From: Lachnospiraceae bacterium UBA7182
Lineage (GTDB): Bacteria > Bacillota > Clostridia > Lachnospirales > Lachnospiraceae
Assembly (NCBI GenBank): GCA_002491115.1
Contig: DKVI01000071.1
Span: 4,618-68,617 of the forward strand
DNA length: 64,000 nucleotides
Direction of reading: 5' to 3'
The position numbers were made by a program, and so were the translations under genes. Below the pieces are notes generated by a model. It ran no database searches, had not been told where the DNA came from, and saw nothing but the letters and a program-made list of their open reading frames with translations. The stretch's first letter is position 1; every line of letters starts with the position of its first letter. Shown one piece after another: positions 17,086 to 25,254 of the stretch.

Positions 17086-17114
17086 TTGCATTTATGACAG
17101 TTTCACAATATAAT
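17086..17114 (+). promoter_or_regulatory. sigma-A-type promoter TTGCAT-17-TATAAT
   Basis: TTGCAT 17086-17091, 17-nt spacer, TATAAT 17109-17114, upstream of the transporter gene. Confidence 0.55.
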
Positions 17115-17167
17115 AGTCTTTAGCTTCGGGCGTATTTATTATTTATATTGAAGGGAGAAATTATGTT

Positions 17168-18628
17168 GTGAAACGAGAAAAATTTGGTTCCCGTCTCGGG
17201 TTTATACTGGTATCCGCCGGATGTGCCATCGGGATCGGAAATGTCTGGAAGTTCCCCTACATATGCGGGGAATACGGCGGAGCCGCTTTTATATTGATCT
17301 ATCTGGCTTTTCTTTTGATTCTCGGCATACCTGTGCTGGTATGCGAGTTTGCCATCGGCAGAGGCAGTAAAAAGAGTGTGGCTTTAAGCTTTGAAGAACT
17401 TTCGCCCCCGGGTACATCCTGGCCGAAACTCAAATATATCGGAATATTCGGCTGTTACCTTTTGATGATGTTCTATACCATGGTCGGCGGATGGATGATG
17501 TATTATTGCTACAGAAGCCTGACAGGAGCGTTTCGCGGGGCTTCTCCCGAGCGCATTGCGGATGCCTTTACAGGGATGCTTTCAGACCTGCCCACGATGG
17601 CGTTCTGGACGGTCCTGATCTGCATCCTGGGCTTTGCAGTCTGTATGCTGGGATTAAAATCCGGCGTGGAGCGAATCACGAAAGTCATGATGGCGGCGCT
17701 TCTTCTGATCATGGTGGTGCTGGCGCTGCACTCGGTATTTTTAGACGGCGCAGGCGCGGGCATCCGCTTTTACCTGATCCCGGATTTTCAGAAAATGGTG
17801 GAGAGCGGCATCGGAAATGTGGTGTTTGCCGCGTTAAGCCAGGCATTTTTTACGCTGTCTCTGGGTGTCGGAGCCATGCTGATCTTCGGAAGTTATCTGG
17901 ACAGAGCCCACAGTCTGACAGGAGAGGCCGTCAGTATTACAGCGCTGGATACCTTCGTGGCATTGACGGCAGGATTTATCATCATCCCTGCCTGTTTTGC
18001 CTACGGGATCGAACCCGGAGCAGGGCCCAGCCTTGTATTTATTACCCTGCCGAATATCTTCTCACAGATGCCGGGGGGCTCTTTATGGAGCGCGCTTTTC
18101 TTCCTGTTTCTGACCTTTGCGGCGCTTTCCACGATCATTGCGGTATTTGAAAATATACTTGCGTTTGATATGGACCTGTTCGGATGGTCGAGAAAGAAAA
18201 GCGTACTGGTCAGCGCGGTGCTGATCATCGTACTTAGTATGCCGGCTGTGTTAGGATATAATGTATGGTCTGCGATTCAGCCGTTAGGAGAGGGCAGTAC
18301 CATCATGGACTTGGAAGATTTTATTGTCTCCAACAATCTGCTTCCTCTGGGAAGCCTGGGGTATGTATTGTTTTGCACCAGTAAAAACGGATGGGGCTGG
18401 ACAAACTTTATAGCAGAAGCCAACGCCGGAACGGGCCGGTCTTTCCCCACAGGTTTAAAAAATTATATGCTGTACGGGATTCCGCTTATCATTATCGTGA
18501 TCTATCTGAAAGGATACTATGATAAGTTCCAGGGGGAAAGCCTGCTGGTACTCGGATGCTGGATGGCGGTGGCCGTAGTGCTTCTGGGATTTGTATTTTA
18601 CTGCGCGACGGCGAAAAAAAGAGTATAA
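17168..18628 (+). CDS. sodium-dependent neurotransmitter:sodium symporter (NSS/SNF) family transporter
   Basis: GFILVSAGCAIGIGNVWKFPY N-terminal signature. About 11-12 TM helices. GTG start preceded by GGGAG. Confidence 0.85.
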   Translation: MKREKFGSRLGFILVSAGCAIGIGNVWKFPYICGEYGGAAFILIYLAFLLILGIPVLVCEFAIGRGSKKSVALSFEELSPPGTSWPKLKYIGIFGCYLLMMFYTMVGGWMMYYCYRSLTGAFRGASPERIADAFTGMLSDLPTMAFWTVLICILGFAVCMLGLKSGVERITKVMMAALLLIMVVLALHSVFLDGAGAGIRFYLIPDFQKMVESGIGNVVFAALSQAFFTLSLGVGAMLIFGSYLDRAHSLTGEAVSITALDTFVALTAGFIIIPACFAYGIEPGAGPSLVFITLPNIFSQMPGGSLWSALFFLFLTFAALSTIIAVFENILAFDMDLFGWSRKKSVLVSAVLIIVLSMPAVLGYNVWSAIQPLGEGSTIMDLEDFIVSNNLLPLGSLGYVLFCTSKNGWGWTNFIAEANAGTGRSFPTGLKNYMLYGIPLIIIVIYLKGYYDKFQGESLLVLGCWMAVAVVLLGFVFYCATAKKRV

Positions 18629-18631
18629 AAA

Positions 18632-18680
18632 ACAGGGTGCCTGTTCCTGATACGGACCGGCATCCTGTTTTTATTTTTCA
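18632..18680 (+). terminator. rho-independent terminator
   Basis: ACAGGGTGCC pairs with GGCATCCTGT (one G-U pair), followed by TTTTTATTTTT. Confidence 0.7.
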
Positions 18681-18814
18681 GATAAATACAAACTCAAAAT
18701 TCCAATTTTCATAATGACTTCCTTCCTCGTGATATCTCTGTACCACTTTATCACCATACAGTAAAATTATATAGGAAAACCGTTCGGATGGCAAGAAATT
18801 TATTGTCGAATCAT

Positions 18815-18893
18815 CGAACGAATTTTCGCTTTTTGTATTGACAAACGAATGTTCGATTGATATAATCAGATTATGTGAAAGAACGGATGTTCG
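18815..18893 (+). promoter_or_regulatory. SOS-regulated promoter: TTGACA-17-TATAAT with three LexA (Cheo-type) boxes
   Basis: Three boxes: CGAACGAATTTTCG 18815-18828, CAAACGAATGTTCG 18842-18855 and AGAACGGATGTTCG 18880-18893. Each has one mismatch to CGAAC-N4-GTTCG. TTGACA lies at 18838-18843 and TATAAT at 18861-18866, so box 2 sits inside the spacer. Confidence 0.75.
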
Positions 18894-18916
18894 CCATTAT
18901 AAAGGAGTGAGTGGAT

Positions 18917-19303
18917 ATGTATGCAGAAGGAACCATGAGCAGGGAAGAGTTCAGGAAGGCAAGGCGGGAGCAGGTGATGTCGGAGCAAAGAGCCAGAAGA
19001 CGTCGGATACTCTTATTTTGTGTGACGATACTGCTGGTATTCGGAGTCGGCGTATGCTTCGGAACGCTCCTTGCCAGAGCGGATGAGACGGCAGAAGATT
19101 CGGCGTATAAGTATTACACAAAGATAGAAGTGCAGAAGGGAGATACCCTGTGGGAGATCGCGGACCGTTATATGGACCGTGAACATTATGAAGGCCGAAG
19201 GGAATATATCATAGAAGTCATGAATATTAATCATATGACAACCGACCGCCTGACGGTAGGGAAAAAGCTTATTGTTCCTTATTATTCGGCAGAAGTAAAA
19301 TAA
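18917..19303 (+). CDS. YneA-like SOS cell-division inhibitor candidate (single TM + LysM domain)
   Basis: Basic N-terminus, TM helix ILLFCVTILLVFGVGVCFGTLLA, and a C-terminal LysM domain (YTKIEVQKGDTLWEIADRY...LTVGKKLIVPY). GGAG lies 9 nt upstream of the ATG at 18917 (in-frame GTG at 18911). LexA boxes lie upstream. Confidence 0.7.
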   Translation: MYAEGTMSREEFRKARREQVMSEQRARRRRILLFCVTILLVFGVGVCFGTLLARADETAEDSAYKYYTKIEVQKGDTLWEIADRYMDREHYEGRREYIIEVMNINHMTTDRLTVGKKLIVPYYSAEVK

Positions 19304-19502
19304 TCGTGAAAAAACAGGCCTCTTTTTTAAGATTTTATAAAGAATGCTTTAAGATTATTTGTCGTTTATTGTAGAACAGGGCGAAATATGTTAAAGTGAG
19401 AACAACCGAACGCTTGAACAGCGCACATATGTAAGTGCAGATGCAGATACATCTCCCCGTGTGCCGGGAAAGCTGCAGCAGAACTTAAATTAGGAGGTCA
19501 CT

Positions 19503-20627
19503 ATGAAGAATAAACTATATTACATACTTGTGGTCCTGTACTTCCTGATGTTTGGTTTTATCCTGTACATCAATGGGGTATTCACAGGGAAGATAGGGTC
19601 ACTGGATAATTTGCTGATTAATGTGGGATTTTTGGTGATTATAGGTATTTTATTTCTTATATCGTTTACCGGTTTTGCCAGATTAAACCGGATGACAGGC
19701 GCGCTTATGATCGCGGAGGAAGCCATGAGGGATCAGTACCAGGAAACGCGTCAGAACCTGTGGCAGGAATACAGGAAGAAAAAAGACCTGTTTCCTGACG
19801 CCCTGCTAAATGAGCAGTTTGCGAAATATCAGAAGCGCATACAGGCGCATACCAACACAAAGGGCCAGGTGACGGAAGCCTGCCCCATAGAAGAATATAT
19901 CAATGAAGATCTGTTGGACCGGGCAGGGAAGACATACTTTAACTCCGCTGTATCCGGCACGCTGACCGGACTTGGAATCTTAGGTACATTCCTCGGGTTG
20001 ACCATGGGAATGAGTTCCTTTTCTGGAAATGATATATTTACCATATCGGATAATATCGCTCCGCTTCTGGAGGGCATGAAGGTGGCGTTTCATACATCGG
20101 TTTACGGAATCTTCTTTTCTTTGGTATTTACCTTTGTATACCGCAGCCTTATGTCGGATGCTTATGAAAAGCTTCAGAGCTTCCTCTCTTCGTTTCATGA
20201 GTATGCGGCTCCGACAGTCAGCAATATGGATGAGAATACAGGCGCGATGCTGATCTACCAGGCCAACATGGCTAATTCTTTGAAAAATATCATGGAACTT
20301 ATGCGCGGGAATGCCATGGAGCAGACAAAATCCATGGACCGGATCGTGCAGCGTTTTATGGACCGGATGTCCGATTCCATGAGCGCCGATTTTGATAAGA
20401 TCGGCAAATCTTTAAAGGAGGCGTGTGAGATACAGGTGGCCTATGCCAGGAATTTCCAGCGCCTGGAGGAAAGTACCAGGCTGCTGCTGGAATCCAGCCG
20501 TATGATGAACGATACTATGAATCTGGCGTTAGAAAGACAGCGGGAAGCAGAAGAGAAGATGTCCAAAACCTGTGACGATTTAAGCAATGAGCTGTATACG
20601 TTTCAGAAGATGAGGGATTTGCTATGA
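19503..20627 (+). CDS. MotA/ExbB/TolQ-family proton-channel protein with a long helical C-terminal tail
   Basis: Helix arrangement of 2+2 TM. Channel blocks TGLGILGTFLGLTMG and LLEGMKVAFHTSVYGIFFSLVF. Residues ~225-374 are charged and helical. AGGAGG RBS. Confidence 0.75.
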   Translation: MKNKLYYILVVLYFLMFGFILYINGVFTGKIGSLDNLLINVGFLVIIGILFLISFTGFARLNRMTGALMIAEEAMRDQYQETRQNLWQEYRKKKDLFPDALLNEQFAKYQKRIQAHTNTKGQVTEACPIEEYINEDLLDRAGKTYFNSAVSGTLTGLGILGTFLGLTMGMSSFSGNDIFTISDNIAPLLEGMKVAFHTSVYGIFFSLVFTFVYRSLMSDAYEKLQSFLSSFHEYAAPTVSNMDENTGAMLIYQANMANSLKNIMELMRGNAMEQTKSMDRIVQRFMDRMSDSMSADFDKIGKSLKEACEIQVAYARNFQRLEESTRLLLESSRMMNDTMNLALERQREAEEKMSKTCDDLSNELYTFQKMRDLL

Positions 20628-21508
20628 AAAGTCAGAGAAGAGAAAGAGCCGCATTTGCGGAACCGGGCTACTGGCAGTCCTATTCGGATATGATGGCGGC
20701 ACTGCTTTTAATCTTTATCCTGATCATCGCCGTCACCCTTGCCATCTACAAACAAAAGAGAACGGATCTGGAAAAGGCGCAGCTTCAGCTTAATTCCACC
20801 CGGACAGAGCTGGAAGCGTCCAGAGCGGATCTGGAAACTTCCGAGGAGGAGCTTAGAAATTCTCTGAAAGAACTGGAAGAAGCTTACGCCCAGGCAACCA
20901 TGACGCAGGAAGAACTGGATGCCGCTTATCTGGAGATTGACGAAGCAAGGGCTGAGCTGAATGCTACAAAAAGCGAGCTTAAAGATATTGTCGGCATACG
21001 GACAGATATCATCGGGGAACTACAGACCCGTTTTAGTAATTCGTCTATGAAAGTAGATCCCCAGACCGGCTCCATTACTTTTTCTTCGGATGTGCTGTTC
21101 CGATACAACAGCGCAACACTTACTTCGGAGAGTCAGGATACTTTAAAAGAAATTATCCCCATGTATTTAGGCGTGCTTCTCCAGGATAATTTCCGCCCAT
21201 ATATTGCCGAGATCATCATCGAAGGCCATACAGATACGGACGGCGGATATCAAAGTAATATGACTTTATCCTACAACCGGGCCAATTCTGTGGCGAAATT
21301 CTGTGTGGACAGTAAAAACGGGCTGTCTCAGGCGCAGATCGAATTGCTGCAAAGCCTGATGACGGTAAACGGGCGTTCTTTCAGTAACCCGATCTATAAA
21401 GCCGGCTCCGAAGAAGTGGATATGGCCGCTTCCAGGCGTGTGGAGATCAAATTCCGCCTGAAAGAGGACGAGATGATCAAAAAGATCACGGAGGTGCTGG
21501 AGCATTAA
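20624..21508 (+). CDS. MotB/OmpA-family protein (plug-TM with conserved Asp, coiled coil, peptidoglycan-binding domain)
   Basis: ATGA overlap with the upstream gene. YWQSYSDMMAALLLIFILII segment, an ~80-aa heptad-rich stretch, and an OmpA-like C-terminus IIEGHTDTDG ... LSYNRANSV ... SRRVEIKF. Confidence 0.75.
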   Translation: MKSQRRERAAFAEPGYWQSYSDMMAALLLIFILIIAVTLAIYKQKRTDLEKAQLQLNSTRTELEASRADLETSEEELRNSLKELEEAYAQATMTQEELDAAYLEIDEARAELNATKSELKDIVGIRTDIIGELQTRFSNSSMKVDPQTGSITFSSDVLFRYNSATLTSESQDTLKEIIPMYLGVLLQDNFRPYIAEIIIEGHTDTDGGYQSNMTLSYNRANSVAKFCVDSKNGLSQAQIELLQSLMTVNGRSFSNPIYKAGSEEVDMAASRRVEIKFRLKEDEMIKKITEVLEH

Positions 21509-23313
21509 GAGAGATATCCGCGGAACCGATTCAGGCAGGCAAACAGTTCCTGTATCCGGGGTTTGGCCAGACCGCAGGGAATGTAAGAACTGCAGAACGG
21601 TTCCCATCCTTTTTTCTCCATCATATCGGATAATGTCTGAACAATCTGACGGACTGTGCGTTTTCCGTCCATAAGCTGTTCCAGCGCATACCGCAGAAGG
21701 TATGCCAGGGCAGTGGTCTGTTCGGAATCGGCAAGCTGTTCCACATACCTTAAATCTACGGTTTCTTTATCTACGGAGAAGGAATCGCGTCCCATGGTTT
21801 TTATCTTCATATGTTCATGGCGGTTGTCACTTTCGATCCGCCTTCCTGTGCGGTAATCCCGTCTGCCGCGTTCGCTGCGGTGCCAGGGAGGCAGTGTACG
21901 CTCATAAGAAGGCACGGCAAATCCGGGCGCCTGGATTCGGGGGGCAGTATGCTCTTTGCACAGTTCTTTTACATGTTCTGTAATATCGACCGGACGATAA
22001 CAGTCCATCTGGAGGATCTTATCCGCAATATAGAAGAAAGCGCCGGAACTTCCTGCCACAAGGATCGTCGAGATCCCTGCCTGTTCATACAGATCTCTGG
22101 CGCGTTCCAGAAACGGTGTGATGGGTTCCTTTTCCCGGCTGATCACCTGCTGCATAAAATCGTCCCGCAGCATAAAGTTGGTAGCGGAAGTATCCTCATC
22201 GATCAGGAACAGACGGGAACCAGACTCCATATTTTCGATCACGCCGGCTGCCTGGGAAGTACTTCCGCTGGCATCCGGGGTTGAAAAAGATGCCGTATCT
22301 TTTTTATTGGGCAGATCGTTGATGAACAGGGATATATCCACATTTCGAATAGAGCGCCCGTCTTCGGCCCGCAGTTTGACCGCCGTATCGTCGGTGATGA
22401 CAAATTCCCGCCCGTCCCCGGCAATATGGTTATAAACGCCGTTTTGCAGAGCTTCTAAAAGGGTGGATTTTCCATGATAGCCGCCGCCCACAATCAGGGT
22501 AATGCCCTGGGGGATTGCCATTCCGGTGATTTTTCCTTTATGGGGCAGCGTAAAAGTACGCTCCATTGAGGCAGGTGAAGTAAAAAGGACACTGTCTTTT
22601 AAAGGAAGATCCGATACGCCGCTTTTTCTGGGAAGAATCGAGCCGTTAGCCACAAAGGCGGACAGTTTTTCTTCTGTCAGAATGTTTCTGAGTGCCTCCT
22701 GATCTTCTGCCAGGAATATGGCAGCTTCCACTTTTTTTGCATCCAGCTTTCGGTAATAAAAGCTGTTTTCCACGCAGCGGGGAAGGAAATCAAAGAGAAT
22801 TTTCTCCAATTCTCCCGCATTGATGGTCCGTCCAAGGGCAGGAAAACCCACATGGAAACGGGCGACGATTTTATTTTCCGAAATCTGGCAGGCGCTTCGG
22901 TCCAGCACTTCCTGACGGCATCGGGTGATGGATAAAAGGCCGCTTTTCCCTGAGCCTTTTGCTTTAAAATTGTAATCTTCAAACTGGGAGGCGAACTGTC
23001 TGGTCAGAAAGTCCTGCAAAGCAATGCGGGAGCAGTCTTTTTCATAGTACGCTGTCGGAAACCCGGCCGCTTTGTGGGGGATTTCCACATGAAGACTGGA
23101 GGGAGAGGCAAAAGGATCACCCTGGACATGATCGATGGACAGGGTAAAATTCTGATATTGATAGACTCCTGCCAGAGATTTATAAGCAGGATAGCTTTTA
23201 TGATCAATGGAACGCAGCATGGTGCGCAGGTCATTGGATGATTTCATAACTGGAATAATTCTCCTTTCGGGTGTGTATTGGTACGGGTATAGTATAACAA
23301 CATTTTTTTCCAT
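21505..23313 (-). CDS. ABC-class ATPase family protein (PF09818-like, function unknown)
   Basis: LIVGGGYHGKSTLLEALQ Walker A and LFLIDEDTSATNFM Walker B. The N-terminal SIDHVQGDPFASPS block is typical of the 'predicted ATPase of the ABC class' family. Confidence 0.7.
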   Translation of the reverse strand: MEKNVVILYPYQYTPERRIIPVMKSSNDLRTMLRSIDHKSYPAYKSLAGVYQYQNFTLSIDHVQGDPFASPSSLHVEIPHKAAGFPTAYYEKDCSRIALQDFLTRQFASQFEDYNFKAKGSGKSGLLSITRCRQEVLDRSACQISENKIVARFHVGFPALGRTINAGELEKILFDFLPRCVENSFYYRKLDAKKVEAAIFLAEDQEALRNILTEEKLSAFVANGSILPRKSGVSDLPLKDSVLFTSPASMERTFTLPHKGKITGMAIPQGITLIVGGGYHGKSTLLEALQNGVYNHIAGDGREFVITDDTAVKLRAEDGRSIRNVDISLFINDLPNKKDTASFSTPDASGSTSQAAGVIENMESGSRLFLIDEDTSATNFMLRDDFMQQVISREKEPITPFLERARDLYEQAGISTILVAGSSGAFFYIADKILQMDCYRPVDITEHVKELCKEHTAPRIQAPGFAVPSYERTLPPWHRSERGRRDYRTGRRIESDNRHEHMKIKTMGRDSFSVDKETVDLRYVEQLADSEQTTALAYLLRYALEQLMDGKRTVRQIVQTLSDMMEKKGWEPFCSSYIPCGLAKPRIQELFACLNRFRGYLS

Positions 23314-23451
23314 TCGTCAATGGGCAGTGTTGGTCATAAAAGCAAAAAGCAATATAGATTCTCCATACAGGTTATGTTAAAATGGAGCCAGAACGCATTT
23401 GGCGGAATTTGAAAACGACAGATGCAAAATTCACACAGGAGGTACATAAAA

Positions 23452-24252
23452 ATGGCATTGATGCATGTGGACTTTTTTTCGGATGTGCTGGGAATGTGCA
23501 TGGATATGGATGTAATCCTGCCACAGCAGACAAACGGACAGATCGGTATGGAGGGGAAGGCATCTACCGGATCTTATAAGACTATGTATCTGCTTCATGG
23601 AATGAGTGATGATCAGACAGTCTGGCAGAGAAGGACTTCCATTGAGCGGTATGTGAGTAAGCTGGGAATCGCAGTGGTGATACCGACGACCCACCTTGGT
23701 TTTTATACAGACACTACCTATGGAATGCAGTACTGGACCTTTATCTCGGAGGAACTGCCCCGTATCTGCCGGGAATTTTTTCCGCGTATGTCAGACAAAA
23801 GAGAGGACACGCTGGCGGCCGGACTGTCCATGGGCGGATACGGTGCATGGAAATTAGGGCTTAGGGCCGGGGATACATTCGGTGCGGCAGCTTCTTTGTC
23901 AGGCGCCCTGGATATTGAAGAAGATGTCCGCAACCAGGCGGACGAGAAAAAGAAACATCTGTTCCGGGGTATTTTTGGCAGCATGGAAGAACTGGTCGGT
24001 TCCAATAATGACCTTTTTGCACTGGCTAAAAAGCAGGTCGCCGGAAAAAAGGAACTGCCGCGGCTCTATGCATGGTGCGGAACAGAAGATTTCCTGTATC
24101 AGGGCAACTTAAAAGCCTGGAAGCACATGAAAAAACTGGGTTATAATCTGACTTGTGAAGAATCCGCCGGAGATCATCAATGGAAGTACTGGGACGAGAA
24201 GATCCAGGACGTCCTGCGCTGGTGGCTGGGGATCGATATGGATATTACCTGA
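23452..24252 (+). CDS. esterase-D / tributyrin-esterase-like alpha/beta hydrolase
   Basis: YLLHGMSDDQTVW and nucleophile elbow GLSMGGYGA. AGGAGG RBS before the ATG at 23452. Confidence 0.7.
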   Translation: MALMHVDFFSDVLGMCMDMDVILPQQTNGQIGMEGKASTGSYKTMYLLHGMSDDQTVWQRRTSIERYVSKLGIAVVIPTTHLGFYTDTTYGMQYWTFISEELPRICREFFPRMSDKREDTLAAGLSMGGYGAWKLGLRAGDTFGAAASLSGALDIEEDVRNQADEKKKHLFRGIFGSMEELVGSNNDLFALAKKQVAGKKELPRLYAWCGTEDFLYQGNLKAWKHMKKLGYNLTCEESAGDHQWKYWDEKIQDVLRWWLGIDMDIT

Positions 24253-24259
24253 GCCGGGG

Positions 24260-24346
24260 TTACTCTTTCTTAGCAAAGCTGCGGCGATATTGTAGAGGAG
24301 TCATACCGGACACTCTTTTAAATATGGTAATAAAATAGTTATAGTC
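24260..24346 (-). pseudogene. relic of the 3' end of an AraC-family regulator gene
   Basis: The minus-strand frame reads DYNYFITIFKRVSGMTPLQYRRSFAKKE*. This matches the second HTH and C-terminus of AraC/XylS proteins (sYF.r.FKk..G.tP..YR). The frame closes within the aldolase start region, so only about 30 codons survive. Confidence 0.6.
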
Positions 24347-24364
24347 AAATTTCAGGAGAAGGTT

Positions 24365-25231
24365 ATGTTAGTTACATTAAAAGAAATCTTACATATGGCG
24401 GAAGAACGAAAAATGGCAGTCGGTTCTTTTAATACACCCAGTCTGGAGAGCCTTATGGCTGTGATTCATGCCGCGGAAGAACTCAATGTACCGGTGATCG
24501 TGCAGTTTGCCCAATGTCATGAACCGTGGATTCCGCTGGCAGTGATCGGAAAAATGATGGTAGAACAGGCAAAAGCGGCGAAAGTCCCGGTGTGCGTGCA
24601 TCTGGACCATGGCGAAACGCTGGAATATCTCAAAGAAGCGCTGGATCTGGGATTTACAGGCATCATGTATGATGGTTCGGTGCTGCCGTATGAAGAAAAT
24701 CTGCAAAACACAAAAAAAGCAGTGGAAATGGCGGCAAAGACCGGCGCAGGCGTCGAGGCTGAACTCGGCTCTATGGGGAGAAGAGAATCAGGAGCCGGTG
24801 ACAGGACCGGTGCCAAAGACGATACAAAGATCTATACAGACCCGACTCTGGCAGGGCAGTTTGTCAGAGATACTCAGGTGGACGCACTGGCCTGTTCTTT
24901 TGGGACAACACATGGCATTTATTTAGAAAAACCACAGTTGGATTTTGACGTGGTTAAAAAAGTGCGGGAACAGACGGACAAAATCCCTGTCGTTATGCAC
25001 GGCGGTTCCGGTGTCAGCAGAGAGGATTTTCATGCAGCGGTCAAATCGGGGGTCAGAAAAGTAAATTATTTTACCTATATGGATAAAAGCGGCGGCCAGG
25101 CGGCGGCAGAGTACCTGCATACGCTGAAAACAGGCGAACCGATTTTCTTTTCATCGCTGATTCAGGAAGCTGAAAAAGCCATGAAAGAAAATGTAAAAGA
25201 AGCTATGAAGATATTTGCCATGATGGATTGA
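24365..25231 (+). CDS. class II ketose-bisphosphate aldolase family protein
   Basis: AVGSFNTPSLESLMAVIHAAEELNVPVIVQ, HLDHG and VMHGGSG motifs of the FbaA/GatY/KbaY family. Confidence 0.85.
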   Translation: MLVTLKEILHMAEERKMAVGSFNTPSLESLMAVIHAAEELNVPVIVQFAQCHEPWIPLAVIGKMMVEQAKAAKVPVCVHLDHGETLEYLKEALDLGFTGIMYDGSVLPYEENLQNTKKAVEMAAKTGAGVEAELGSMGRRESGAGDRTGAKDDTKIYTDPTLAGQFVRDTQVDALACSFGTTHGIYLEKPQLDFDVVKKVREQTDKIPVVMHGGSGVSREDFHAAVKSGVRKVNYFTYMDKSGGQAAAEYLHTLKTGEPIFFSSLIQEAEKAMKENVKEAMKIFAMMD

Positions 25232-25254
25232 CCTAAGAAGGAGAGTGGTTGCAT

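Noticed and set aside
19503-23313. Calling the MotAB-like pair a complete Zorya system, with the adjacent ABC-class ATPase as effector
   Set aside because: No ZorC/ZorD (helicase/nuclease) or ZorE (HNH) equivalent is present. The ATPase is convergent, so it is a separate transcript, and it belongs to a widespread housekeeping-like family. Only the motor core can be claimed.
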